Below, piece after piece: positions 35,150 to 47,335 of a stretch of 47,335 bases of DNA. The DNA lies in the NCBI GenBank assembly GCA_000934665.2, contig KZ538803.1, positions 1-47,335 on the forward strand, given 5' to 3'. Within the stretch, counting starts at the first letter, position 1, and each line of letters opens with the position of its first letter. Source of the DNA: Catajapyx aquilonaris. Lineage: Eukaryota. Under the pieces are notes generated by a model. It ran no database searches. It was not told the DNA's origin and saw only the letters and a program-made list of their open reading frames with translations. The translations under genes were made by a program, and so were the position numbers.

Positions 35150-35900
35150 CTGGACTGAAAACCTGTTTCCCTGGACTTTCCACCCAATAGTTTACGTCAC
35201 AACGCGCGTCAGCAGGTACAAGTTCTGACGTCATACGTGTATTAAACCTGTCTTATTCGCTCCTCCTTCGTTATAAGGCTTTCTTTTGTGACCCACGCAC
35301 TTTAATCATCTCATTCCCCCCCNCCCCCCCGGCCTATTTCCTATAATATAACGCACCTGACTAAAAATACCGCCAGGAAAAAACCGACCGTTCCCCAGGT
35401 AACGCGCCTCAGAGAAGGTGAAAACATTCGCCTTTTCAATTCAGAGCACGTTATTTTTATCCCCCTCTCTTTTTTCCTAGAAATATGTGGGAAACCCATC
35501 AGTAGTGAAAAGAAAACTTATTCAAAAGAAGCCCCGACCAGGTAGAATTGTTGGGAGGCGGGAAAAAAGAAAACACCATCGTATTCTTTTCGTCGGCATC
35601 GGCCACAAAAGGGGCCCAGGGGCGCCCGGCCGTCAGCGCCCGGCAACCTGTTACCATGCAACCGAGTTACATAAGTCACCTGCTGTACAGCAGGTAGCCC
35701 TCCCTCCCATTCTATTGGCTGGGTTTCCAACCGTGAACTTGATCTTATTATCATACGCAATTGAAATGTGCCGGTGTGGAAACACCCAGCATTGGCAGCA
35801 TTTCGCGAATAACAAAACTGCATCCCCCCAATGACGTCAAACTTTCACTCGATTATTAAAAACCGCGATCCGTGTCTAACATGTCGCTTCGCCTTGCGCC
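35150..35900. promoter_or_regulatory. Probable distal promoter core in a CpG island
   Basis: CRE TGACGTCA at 35226 and 35832, TTACGTCA half-site near 35192, several CCAAT/ATTGG boxes, RFX X-box-like GTTACCATGCAAC at 35650-35662, high CpG density. Confidence 0.55.
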
Positions 35901-38900
35901 AGACGTTACCGACGGTACACAAAAAAAGATCATCCGAATGTGAGATCCTCGCATAACGTTTTTTTTTTTTCGGCAATGGAACATTCCAAGGTAAAAACAT
36001 CCTCGACTCAGCCCCGAGTCTGTGTTGATTACCTGAGAAGTCCTTATCAGGCACATTACAAGGTCAATTTCCGAGAAAAACGATGCCAGATAATTGTAAT
36101 GGGTATTTCCATTACTCCCGGAAAAAAAAAGTCGTAGCTCCTCTATGTTGACCTCACAGCCTGGATTCAACACCCGTTGGGGTCCACTTTCAATGCATTT
36201 CTTGCATTTTGAGCGATGGTTCAAGGGCAGTGCCCTGGAGTTAAATAGCATTCCTACAGCCCATCACCTTTATACCTCAATTAAGCACCCACCAGATCAC
36301 CATGTGCAGCAAATATCCACACGTATATTCCCGATATTACAATGGTCACACGACTCATAATATGCTGGGCAGTTCAAAAGTATCATGAATGCCGACCAGG
36401 CTTAGCGGGTTGAAATGTCCACGGAAGTCAGCCCTCGGGAGAAACGAATTCCTGGGAATTTGTAAACAACAACGTGTTACTTTTCCTGCCCACAGATATG
36501 GATACGGGAATGGAAGTCGAACCTGGCTGACCCGCCTTCCACGATACTTTCTGAATGCGACGAATTTGCACCACATTTTTAATCCAGTCGGAGAATGTCA
36601 TAATATTTTGTCAGTTTCATTGTTGCAAGCCATTATGGAATTGTGACCTAGATTCTCTGATTCAAGAGTAAGTGAAATTACACACTCCATTCAGCAACAA
36701 AATGTATCTTTTCTGAAGCATGAAAGTATGAAAGGCATGTGATCACCCTTCTCCACGATGCACTGTACACCTATTGACTAAGTACGAGAAATCTCAACGT
36801 GATTGCTTCCTTCTCATTACGCCCAACCACTTTTCCCTAAACACCTGGATGTCACACGGAATGACAGCCCTGCACCTGGTCGTCAACGGTATAGAGTATT
36901 TTAACCTAATTATTTTACCCCCAAATGCTATTTGTAATACGCCACACACAATGGTGGTTTATCATGAAGCCATCAGCATGCAACGATGTGCGCAAATTCT
37001 CATTACTCATTAGATATAGCTATATGTTATTCATATATAATTTGTTAACAAGGCGCAGGAAGGGGGGGAAAAACCCGAGAAGGTTGAAAAACTGGGAGCC
37101 CGCTAACGGTTGCTATATTAGCATTTTGTTGTGCACTGTACAGTATACGTTGTAAATGTTCTTTTCTCACACGTGTATACTTTTTATGAACTTTTTTTTG
37201 TATCCTACTTGTCATTACCTGAGCGAAAGGAAACAAGAGTATATTCGGTCAGAGAAAAGCACTAGATATAGAAGATGGTGTACTGCCATATTTCAAGAAC
37301 TAGTTACGGGTAGAAGTTATGGATTGTTTACTCCAAATACCAGTTCAAATCAGAAGCAATATTCCTGACATGATTGTGGCACTGCTTGTTGCTTCCAACG
37401 GGTTGATGATGGAAACAATAACTTCTCACCCAGTGCGCCACCCCTGTATACGGGTCCAAATAAGCGATCGCCTTCTTTCAAGAACAGTTACGTGAGATTC
37501 TGTTGGGACACAGTCATTGATGTTACACACTACAGGAAGAATGGGGACTGGCATGCGGGCATTACCCCGCAACATTCCTGGCTTTGCTACTTGTACCTTG
37601 ACCTCCGGACATACCAAAGGGTACCTATACAGATCAACATCCTTGTCATATTGCAATTTGGCTACCTTCCCCGAATGGTAATATATCCGGTTAAGTTATC
37701 ATCTGCTACCGTAAATCTCACAAGTCGACCAATTCTAAACATCCTACAGGATTTTTTTTTTTTGAAGCACTTCTACATGACCTTTACATAATCATTTCAG
37801 AATGTGCAAATGGCCAAAATTTTGATAAGCTTTTACTCAAATGCGTCGTTTCCTTCTTTTTTTTGGAGCCTTGATGCCAAACTGACAGTGCCAAAACACC
37901 CACGTGGTTCAATAATACCTTTCGGTGTCAACTACCTGGGCGGCGTAAAGCCATGTCCTCACTGTTCAGGCAGCACGTGCCTGAGAAGTCGGAACATATG
38001 CCCATGTTAGCTAACCAGAGCTGGAGAATACACACATTTTTACCCCTTGCTAATGGACCAATAATAACACTTCTAAGTCATAGGCAGGTGACCCACATAT
38101 AACAAGAATCGCCACTTCCGGCTATAGATCGAAACAAACCAGGGTTTATCAAGCGCAACACGCGTTTTCCTCATAACTGCAGTCTCAGCATGCATTTGTG
38201 CCGGGATGGCCATCAGAAATAAGAGACCCATGGGATCGGAGTCGATCGGAGTAGTGGAGGGAACCCTCGGAGTCGTCTCAACTCTCAAGGCCTGCTTATT
38301 TGATCCATCTCGAAATTCACCTAACTGACTATCAAATTCTGGGTCTCGTGCAGGTCTGGTTGGTCACATCTGTCGCATGCGCAAGAGCCAAGGACCCCGA
38401 TTTTTGTAACCATGGTACATAATTATGATCTGGACAAATCCAGTACTGGTCAGGGTTTGGAGTGTAGAGTATGGGTACGGGCTCAAGTAGAAGTGAGGAA
38501 TATAAGAGAATCATGACAAATCGAGGAACTCGTATTAAAATCCCCACATCTGTCGTAAAAAAAAGAAGCTTCGACAAAACGTATGCATAGCACTCTCAAG
38601 GTGATATCTACTGGTAAAAAGCAGCTATACATACCTGTATATAGGCTGTACAGAGCCAGGATAATTCTGACCCCCAAAAAAGTGTTACATTTTAGAAGTG
38701 ATTCTAATCTTGCTCATACTTGGTACAACAAGTATCATTTCGCAAGGCTTTATGAAATAATCGACGATAATTATCTAAAACGAAGGTCATGCATTTACTT
38801 CCTCTGTAGTATGTGGTATATCTTCGTTCCCTATGCTCCTCTTGCCTTCGCACAATACAAGGTGCACTGCACAGTTGCAACACGGAGGACAACAAAAAAT

Positions 38901-39269
38901 ATCACCTTCGCTTTTGGCAATGTAAATTTTGAATCACCTGGGAAGACTCGATTTATTCACAATCAAATAACGTAAGCAGCAGTTGTACGTACAATATGCA
39001 AATCGAGATCTTTTCATTCATTGACTCGCTACACGGTAAAAAAAACAAAAACTGCCAGACATCAAGGTCATTTTACGAGGGACCGAGTTGCCTTACGCAC
39101 GTGCTCTTAACCTTCATACCGGTGCTTAATTTGACTTGCCAAAAATTCCCCTTCGAGCTATGAAATTCCCCTTTGGCAAAACCGAACCACATAATCATAA
39201 TAATAATTCATACCCCGTTATCAGCCGGCGGCTCTTTGGGAGGAAAATTTTTGTTTTGACTGGAACTCT

Positions 39270-39477
39270 TTGCTTTCATTTTACTTTGCTTTTTGGGTTA
39301 TGATAGGGACGGAAGGAAGCGGCTGTGGCGTGTTGTTACGGAAACGACCCCAGAATTATCCTGGAAGGACCGTGGGAAACCACAGGAAACCACGTTCAGG
39401 GTCGCCGGCCCCGGGATTCGAACCCAGGACCTCCCGATTAGCAGGCGGACTCCATATCCACTACACCAACCTGCTTC
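39270..39477 (-). mobile_element. tRNA-derived SINE, family B
   Basis: Minus-strand A box TGGTGTAGTGG, B box GGTTCGAATCCC, then GGTTTCCTGTGGTTTCCC...CTTCCAGG...GCCACAGCCGCTTCCTTCC, resembling a widespread arthropod SINE core. Confidence 0.8.
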
Positions 39478-40104
39478 GGTCAAATAATGTATTATCCCTG
39501 CATTGATCAGACTATCAAGAAACATCCAGGACAAAGGTGGGCGATGCCACACAATATCCCACATCAGAAATAGAAAAGTACTCGTATAACACAGGCTTAC
39601 TTCGACGTGAATGAACTCTTAATCCCATGGCTCCTGTTATAGTCATGTCCTGGAGTGACGAAGGAAACCTTTGTCACAAGACGAGCACATGAATTTATGC
39701 GAATGTTTCGCTAAGGGCAGTTTTCTGCTTCGCATGAAGCCCACGAATGTGCGCATTAACTGGCATTTTCATTGATAATAGAAGCTGTAAATGTAATAAA
39801 AATTTACTACTAACACTGCTCACGTACTATGTAAAACAGATGTTATGCAGTATATGTGAGTAGCCTTCCTGCAAGTCTTTTGTGTGCAGTCTTGTTCATG
39901 AGATGAACATCGAGTCCAGGCATTAATTTTGACAGTTCCAGATGAATACTAAAATCAGGCAGCTTCGTTTACTGTGTTTGCCTTCCCCCCTTTGCGCCCC
40001 TCATTACACATACAGTATATCACATGCTATGAGCTTAACTTCATGGACTATACTACAGAGGCACCTGTGTAATTATAAATAATACCGCGTATTTCTTCAT
40101 ATTT

Positions 40105-40423
40105 TGGGGGGAGGGGGGGGGGTCTGCTGATATACCACGGTTGGTCACGGGGGGNNNNNNNNNNNNNNNNNNNNNNNNNNNNNNNNNNNNNNNNNNNNNN
40201 NNNNNNNNNNNNNNNNNNNNNNNNNNNNNNNNNNNNNNNNNNNNNNNNNNNNNNNNNNNNNNNNNNNNNNNNNNNNNNNNNNNNNNNNNNNNNNNNNNNN
40301 NNNNNNNNNNNNNNNNNNNNNNNNNNNNNNNNNGGGGGTCCAATGGATACCACGGTCGGTCACTGGGGGAGGGGGTCAAAAAGTGCCCGAAAATCGGTCA
40401 CGTGGTTTATGGACGACCCCTTA
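40105..40423. mobile_element. Partial Harbinger-like MITE spanning a gap
   Basis: Right end GTCACGTGGTTTATGGACGACCCC-TTA; repeated ATACCACGGT(T/C)GGTCAC; left TIR not visible. Confidence 0.5.
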
Positions 40424-43400
40424 CAGTATCATCTTCTTGGGCCATGTAACGTCATGTTTTAACTGTCTCTGTGTGCCTGCTCTGCTGCAACAATATTTAT
40501 AACAAAATGCAGCACACACAGCTTACACATTTGAAATCCGTTCCTCCAGTGTGCGTGGGTTTAATAGTATCAATAGCTAGGCAATTTGCAGTACAGTATA
40601 TACCATGTATGGAAAAGTAGGCATATTATATGCACTATAGATTGATTTAAAATGCCATCTCCATGTAACCCCCACATTAAAAAAAAAAATCTTTAAAAAT
40701 ACTAGTACAACTCAGTCATTGTAATACCATTTTAATGACCCTAAACCAAGAAGCACAATGCCATTGAGCATTCAATATCTACACTGCTCATTACTCAGCC
40801 AATACTTTGTGATTCATCAGCACATAATCTGTCTAGAGAGGGGTAGCAGCTGGGAAAATTCATTACTTTTCCTGCTATCATGTAAGAAGGCCCTCGTTTG
40901 GGGGAGGCCAGAATAACAATAACATCATAAATTATCGAATTAAGCTATTTCTCATTGGAATCCCTGTTCTCATCACTAAAGGGAAAGAGAACATTAGGGC
41001 CGTGAAAGGGTTAAAGGATAAACAACTTACGCCCAAGTGCTCCACATGTGTTCAGAAATGTGAAAATGCCGAAGGCGTGCGAGTTAGCGACGATCGAAGT
41101 GAAATACAGTCGGCCCTCATATATCCGCATATTAATATTAAATAAAAAGTTTAAATTTAAAAATTCCAACGCGTATCTTTATTACAGTCGAGTACTGTAT
41201 TGTTAAAACTACTTTATCGCTAATTGTTTTTGTCGCTGCCTAAACGTGCATAATTCGTAAATTAAACTTATCATCGGCACGTATGCAAGAGGGTATGGCC
41301 AGCAAAAAAAATGAATTCAAGCACTGACGTTTTACATCAACTGTACCAATGGACCACATCCAATCGACAATTCCGAGAGACATTCATTGCAATTCAAAGC
41401 TTGGAAGATGATTAAACTTGACTTGATATTATCAGCTATTAGTTTTTTTATCAGTAACTTTTTAATTCATTGGAACATCTTGTACATAAAACAATTGCCC
41501 GAGAAAACGTCACGACAGACCTAGCACCATTTTCCTGTAACATTTCTTCTGGAAGTTAAGTCCTGATCCGACTGATTCCTGGAACATTTTCCCATGCAAA
41601 GCTCTATACAATCGAGTAATTCCGTACCATTGCCGAGTAGTGCGGAAATGCGTGGAAATCACTTTGCTTACCCAAAGTATTGCCTGTTTTGGGTTCCTCG
41701 AATGTCCTTTCAATGGTGAGCTGAAGGACTGTTTCCTTCTCAACATAAGCTATATCGCTGTGTACCTTTCTGGCCCAGTGATTTCCTTCCAGGAAGGCCG
41801 GGGAAAGGGGGTTCCTGGGCTAGTTCAAAATTGACTGTCATGGCAACGACTCCAGGGGGTGATCTTATAACAGGCAAAACTTGGCCAAAACTCGATAAGT
41901 TGTATCCTCATTAAAATGGGAAACATTCAGTTTCCAAGGTCAGTGAGCTCGAATTCGATGTCAAAATATGTCCCTTTCAAAGTGGGGGATTTTCTTGATG
42001 CAAAGTTTCATACTAATAGCTCTGGACTTTGCCCTGAGTTCTTTGTTTGCAAAGGCTCAAACTCCCATGCCCTTGTAAATCAGCCTGAGACACGGGCTTT
42101 GACGGCACGTTCATCTTTTATATGTAAATTACAAAAGTATGTTTTTACGACCCCTCAAAAACTCGCAAAAAAATATGAAATGTCATTTTTCCAATTGGCT
42201 GCTACACACATTGAAAAAATTACTGAAGCACATTCATGCAGCAATTTGAAGTGAAAAATTGCACGCGCGTATCTCTCCAATCTGAATTTCAAAATGGGGA
42301 AACTTCATAGTCAAAAAATAGTCCCACTTTTGATCAACTACTATTACGAACATGTGACACTAAAATTATCATGGTCAATGCTGAAGCCTGTGATAGAAAA
42401 GGCCTTTTATTTGGAAATGAGCCAAAGAATGAAGAACCATTATGCCTGACTCAAACATGAATTCAATCAATCCTTTATTTAGAAACCAAGGGTCCACAAG
42501 TGAAATTTAAGTTCTATTGGAACATATGTCATGCATTCCCGAACACAAAGGCTCCCCAAATTTTCACATGATCCCGCTGTGTCCAATATTTTGTTGTTAG
42601 CGGTGGTGATTACTGATCTGAATGGAATTACATAAATTGATTTTTTGGTAGATGCATCAACCCACTGAGAACCCACTGCCTTTTCCCACTTCCCTCCACC
42701 CACAACCAATGCAAAGACAGGGTTACTGTCCATTAGTGGTTATAAAAATAATGTTTAATCAATAGAGCTACTTTCCTTCTTATGGCTTGAACACGGACTT
42801 GGCCATGCCAGCGTCTTGATGACACACCTTCAGGCTACTTTTTATCAATGTTGAAAATGGGTGTAATAATCAAGAGCAGAAGAACAGTGCACTAGGAGTG
42901 TAATATAAATCAATAGGTGTAAACACGATTGTTTGGAGAATTACTACAAGGTCCAAGGGCCTATTCATCCATTAAAATGTGCACATTGGCACGCTTTAAT
43001 TTCCACCACCACCACAGCTCTTATTTGAGGGTGGATTTGCACAGTATTGGCGTATGTATTAAACTATGAATCTGTGGTAAGCATGAAAGGTCATTAGTTC
43101 ACTAAAATTATCACTGTTTTGATTACTAAAACTTTTGAGCATGACGTCAGCCAAATCCCCCCCCCCCCNAAACCAATGTGACATGCAGTACTTTACTGAC
43201 AACCGCATGGTGTACATCAGACACCACACAATGTGGTCTATGGTCAACTGAACCAAAAATAAAAATAAAAAATGGTGTAGGCATATCAGCCACCTTCAAG
43301 CAAGAACCATTAATAGGTGGTTGCATATCTGTAAGCAGCTACCATAGCTTTGATAATTGATTAATAAATTATATATCTATCCTAGTTCTGGCCTTACTCC

Positions 43401-43446
43401 AACCCCAAAATAGAAGTTATAAGATGTGCAAATTCTGAACATTTAC

Positions 43447-43719
43447 TAATTAATAATAATATAATAATGGCTACCCGGTGATAGGCCTCCTTGGGCCTCT
43501 TAGGGGATCTTTTCGTCAACCGTCTTTAATCATTGCCTGCGCTGTGATGGATTTTGATTGTGGGAGGAAATGGGAGAACCCCGAGAAAACACACGCGAAC
43601 ACGGAGAGAACCCATCGAAACTCTATCCACATAAGTATCCTCTGTCCGACCCGGGGATCGAACTCGGGACCTCAGAGGTGGCAAGCTGAGGCGCTAACCA
43701 CTATGCCACCGTGTCGCCC
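43447..43719 (-). mobile_element. tRNA-derived SINE, family C, with V/Meta-like core
   Basis: A box TGGCATAGTGG, B box AGTTCGATCCC; core GTTCTCTCCGTGTTCGCGTGTGTTTTCTCGGGGTTCTCCCATTTCCTCCCAC; (ATT)n tail; TSD AACATTTAC (43438-43446, 43721-43729). Confidence 0.85.
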
Positions 43720-43873
43720 TAACATTTACAAATTTCTCCTGTCAAATGTACAGTAATTTTATGGCATGCAGAAAATTTGATGACCTCCTTCATACAAGTA
43801 TATCCACTGACTGACCATGGCTCAAATATCAGTGAGCCAGAAGATATATACAGAAATTGTGCCTCACATTTAA

Positions 43874-44692
43874 CCCCTTCGCTACCAGATCCGAACCGAA
43901 CCAAATCCGAACAGAAATCTACGTGGTTCGGGCGAACCACGTAGATTTCGGTTTACACCTACTCCTAAGATACGGACAAGATATTTTACCAATAATAACA
44001 GCGATACTTACCAGATCTGGGAAAACACTATGAATGTGTCTGGAACAATTTTACTCGTCTAGAAGTCCCTAAATTAATTTACAAAAAAGGGCTATAAAAA
44101 CTATCAATTAGAGTACTGCCGACCAACTGTTAGGCTGATTTAATTGTGAAATGCATGAAAATATGCGGAAACAACCTTGAGAACCATGCCAGACGAATTT
44201 GCTGACATTGTCGTACTTTGCAAGATATAAATTAATACTTATTTGCGGCTTTCTGGCACTTCGGAAAACTCCCAATTATTTGCTTCTCGCGAAGTACGAC
44301 GATTTCAAGCAAATTCATCTCATATGTCCAAGCAGTTTGGGAGTTTTCCAAAGTGCCAGAAAGCCGCAAATAAGTTAAGTTATTTCTTGCAAAGTACGGC
44401 GATTTCAGCAAATTCGTCTGGCATGGTTCTCAAGGTTGTTATTCAGCATAATTTCACGCATTACACAATTAAATCAACCTAACAGTTGGTCGGCAGTATT
44501 CTAATTTAGAGTTTTTATCGCCCTGTTGTGGAAATTAATTTAGGGACTTCTAGACTAGTAAAATTGTTCCAGACACATTCATAGTGTTTTCCCAGATCTG
44601 GTAAGTATAGCTGTTATTATTGGTAAAATATCTTGTCCGTATCTTCGGAGTAGGCGTAAGCCGAAATCTACGCCTATCTGGTAACGAAGGGG
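43874..44692. mobile_element. piggyBac-like fold-back MITE (~800-bp hairpin)
   Basis: TTAA-CCCCTTCGCTACCAGAT ... ATCTGGTAACGAAGGGG-TTAA; arms complementary over about 340 bp. Confidence 0.92.
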
Positions 44693-46021
44693 TTAACATC
44701 ATTCCTTGATGTGCCAAGGCAATTGAATTTTATTTTACAACTCCAAATGAGCAGTTCCTGTCATTATTTATTATTCTATAACCCAACGAACACAATGAGA
44801 AAGTTTCATGCATTTTCATGAAGCTGTTTATTAGTTTCAGTGAGCTCTCAGACTAAAAATCGTGCATAATCTGCCATTCCCAGAAGAATAAAAATTCAGA
44901 ATATTTCCTGGCACTTATTGCAGCCATGTCAAAAGCACAAAAATTGCAAATTCACAAGTTTCAAGTTCATGTTTTCGCAACTCAGGGAACAGATATTGAA
45001 CAACTGAGTTGCCCTTTTTCATCCAATATTGTTAGGAACAACATCCACACAAAAAATTACTAATATACAGAGCAAAATCAATCCTGGGAGAGATCCTACA
45101 ATTAACAATGAAAACCCAATTCTGTCCTTTTTCTCAGTGACAATGATAGCAGCCCAGTTAAACCTGTCCTACTATTAAAATTAGTTTCGCTAGTACTCAG
45201 CAGATTCCCAATAGTGGCCCCGTTAGGTTATTCTTATAATAGCCTCATTGTAAAAATCTGGCAGGGGAAGAGGGGACGTGAAATATTTGCAAGAATTGTT
45301 GCGGTCAGGGGAGAAGAGAGGGGCTTACGATGCACACCTCTTTGGATGTACACATACATACAAGCATTTGCAGGAATTGCGGTCAGCGTAAAGCTGTAAA
45401 AACTACTTGGAATCATCCCCAATCCCATAATGTAATAATTCACACCAGTAGCAGTGAAAATTGGCAGGAACGTAAGTTTCCCAACTTCAAATAATGTCAG
45501 CAAATTAAACAGGAAACCTGTAGGGCTCCTGTTTTGCATGCCAGGTTTTTTTTTCTCTTTCATTGTTGAAATATACGTCAACTGTTGTGCCTAGTTCCCC
45601 CCCCCCCCAGTCAGGAAAGCTATGATGTGATTGGGAAATATCAAGGAGCCCCCTAAGCCCTTCAATTTTAAAGTTAATGGGATCAAATTGACTTTCTCTA
45701 GGAGCAGTCAAAGCTGCACATTGTGTAATACATATCTTACTGAGGTATACATCATATCGTATATTTATGTCCTTAGTTTAGGGATCCAAGAAGGGCATAC
45801 ATATCAAATATTGCACAAGTACCACCTGACATGTTCTCCATATGACAGTGTTCCAATCCAAAGAAGTGTTATTTAAATTCAATTTCTGTTTTGTGGGAGT
45901 TGTCCGATTAGTTGAGCTTTTGTCTTGTTAGTGTTAGCACTACATGGTCAAGATAATTGCTTGTTACTTCGATTTCTGTAGTGAGTGTCCCCCCACGAAG
46001 CCCATGGTTCATTACAGGGTA

Positions 46022-46052
<31 letters not shown>
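46022..46052 (+). repeat. (AAT)n microsatellite, possibly a truncated retroelement tail
   Basis: About ten AAT units preceded by CCCCCACGAAGCCCATGGTTCATTACAGGGT. Confidence 0.7.
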
Positions 46053-46054
<2 letters not shown>

Positions 46055-46842
46055 GAAATAGCACAGAGCCCAGGTAGAAGGGAAAAACACAAACTCACAC
46101 CCTCAGTATTGCGTGTTCAGCACCGCTGAGAAGGGTGGTGCCCAGCAGTGGCTGCCCCTTCAGGGAGTGTTCCCCCATAACTAGGCAGTTAATGACAGTG
46201 ATATTTGAAACTAATCACAATACCATTGGGTGAATTTGGCTGGGATGTTTACAATATTTGGGAATACCCCTACAAGGTGAAATCGGGCAGTCAAGGTTAG
46301 CGTTTTTTTGCGACATTTTTTCCAGAATTAGCAAAAAATGTGGACATTGGCAAAAGGCAAAACTATCTAGATTTATTTTCGATCCTTTTTGCACTTAAAA
46401 ATTAACAATTTTTCTTCACCCCAGTGCAGTAAAAATTCCCACGTAGAAATCACATTACTTTGTGCCAAAATTATACAGTATGTCACCACAATTTTTTCAC
46501 TGCTGTTTAAGCATATGTTTCAGCCTTCCCTAGTGTTAAATTAGATTTCCATCCAACGGTGTATATAATTCAATGCTACACTTACAAGTGAGGTGCCTGG
46601 AACAAGTGGAAATGAGTGTCCACAAGATTTGCACATTTACGGAAGTAATTCAATTTTCAAAGTCACAGCCTCTCAAAATTTTTGCACCAGCTACTTTCCT
46701 TTGACCCACTCTCGGAACTTGTGCATACTGCAGCTACTTGACTTTGGGGTTATAATAATGTTGATTGCTTATGCAGAAAAATATGGTCTAAAACATCCCA
46801 GTTATGAGACTGTGTTTACCCAAATATACATAGAATCCTGTG

Positions 46843-47304
46843 CAGGGTGTATTTGAATTCATCTTCCAATATGATACGGGTGGTAGGGGGTGAGTATGGG
46901 TCCGAATGGCCGGTGACGATCCGTTTTGGAGCTGTACACCTTTGACATTGACTATGTCTATCATAACAAGTGTGGACACCCCTGTGCATGCCTGCATTGC
47001 TGGTTGCAGCAATGCAGGTGTGTACTGGGCCATCCATACCGGTCACCGTTGTTGCTGCGCCTTTCGGACCCCCATGCCATGCTTCTTCCATACACACCCC
47101 CTACTCCAGCAGTTCTTAACCTTTTTGTGCCTCTGCACCCCTTTGAAGACAGTTGGTCCTTGTCGCACGCCCTATACCAGGGGTGATTGATTAAGTTCAT
47201 AGTTAGACTAACAGTATGTCCAGAGGCGCATCTTGCTCGCACCCCAGGTTAAGAACCGCTGCCCTACCCGTATAATTTTGGAAGATGAATTCGTGAACAC
47301 CCTG
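46843..47304. mobile_element. Tc1/mariner-type MITE
   Basis: CAGGGTGTATTTGAATTCATCTTCCAA / TTGGAAGATGAATTCGTGAACACCCTG-TA. Confidence 0.8.
47107..47261. mobile_element. hAT (Buster-type) MITE nested in 46843-47304
   Basis: TIR CAGCAGTTCTTAACCT / AGGTTAAGAACCGCTG; TSD CCCTACTC / CCCTACCC. Confidence 0.85.
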
Positions 47305-47335
47305 TATGCAGGACACTTGGGGAGGTGCGGTGGCC

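Noticed and set aside
39400..39477. Possible tRNA gene (GCT anticodon-like loop)
   Set aside because: Poor acceptor and anticodon stems, no Ser variable arm, and it continues into a SINE body; the same reasoning applies to the other SINE heads.
40732..41914. Possible piggyBac end plus Kolobok-like element (TTAAAGG...)
   Set aside because: Partner termini are too degenerate to fix boundaries with confidence.

Overview
Eukaryotic (invertebrate animal, probably arthropod/protostome) genomic DNA, not prokaryotic. The window holds the 5' part of a minus-strand TFCP2/UBP1 (LSF, fly gemini-type) transcription factor gene. The conserved N-terminal exons are 18231-18348 (MSGWQVEDIDDNLAADFDGSLSGLGVDLTTATYNMS) and 17411-17506 (EALMALPPLTVFKEEAHSP). 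A Gly/Gln/Ser-rich exon at 1409-1638 joins them in phase, and there is a probable upstream long-isoform exon at 29858-30346. The CP2 DNA-binding domain should lie beyond the left edge. The very large introns are packed with non-autonomous DNA transposons (hAT, PIF/Harbinger, Tc1/mariner, piggyBac-like, MULE, Helitron), many of them full fold-back palindromes or nested, plus five tRNA-derived SINEs and an internally deleted maT-type mariner. CpG-rich, motif-rich islands (about 3.3-7.6, 17.7-23.8 and 33.4-39.8 kb) alternate with CpG-depleted sequence. Best leads: (1) the 489-nt, phase 0/0, stop-free exon is tightly bracketed by inverted SINE copies, a circRNA architecture that would give an endless ORF; (2) a ~373-bp transposon family with 8-bp TSDs, asymmetric ends and an internal hairpin; (3) SINEs with a shared head/core but swapped 3' tails. 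Most listed six-frame ORFs are spurious.
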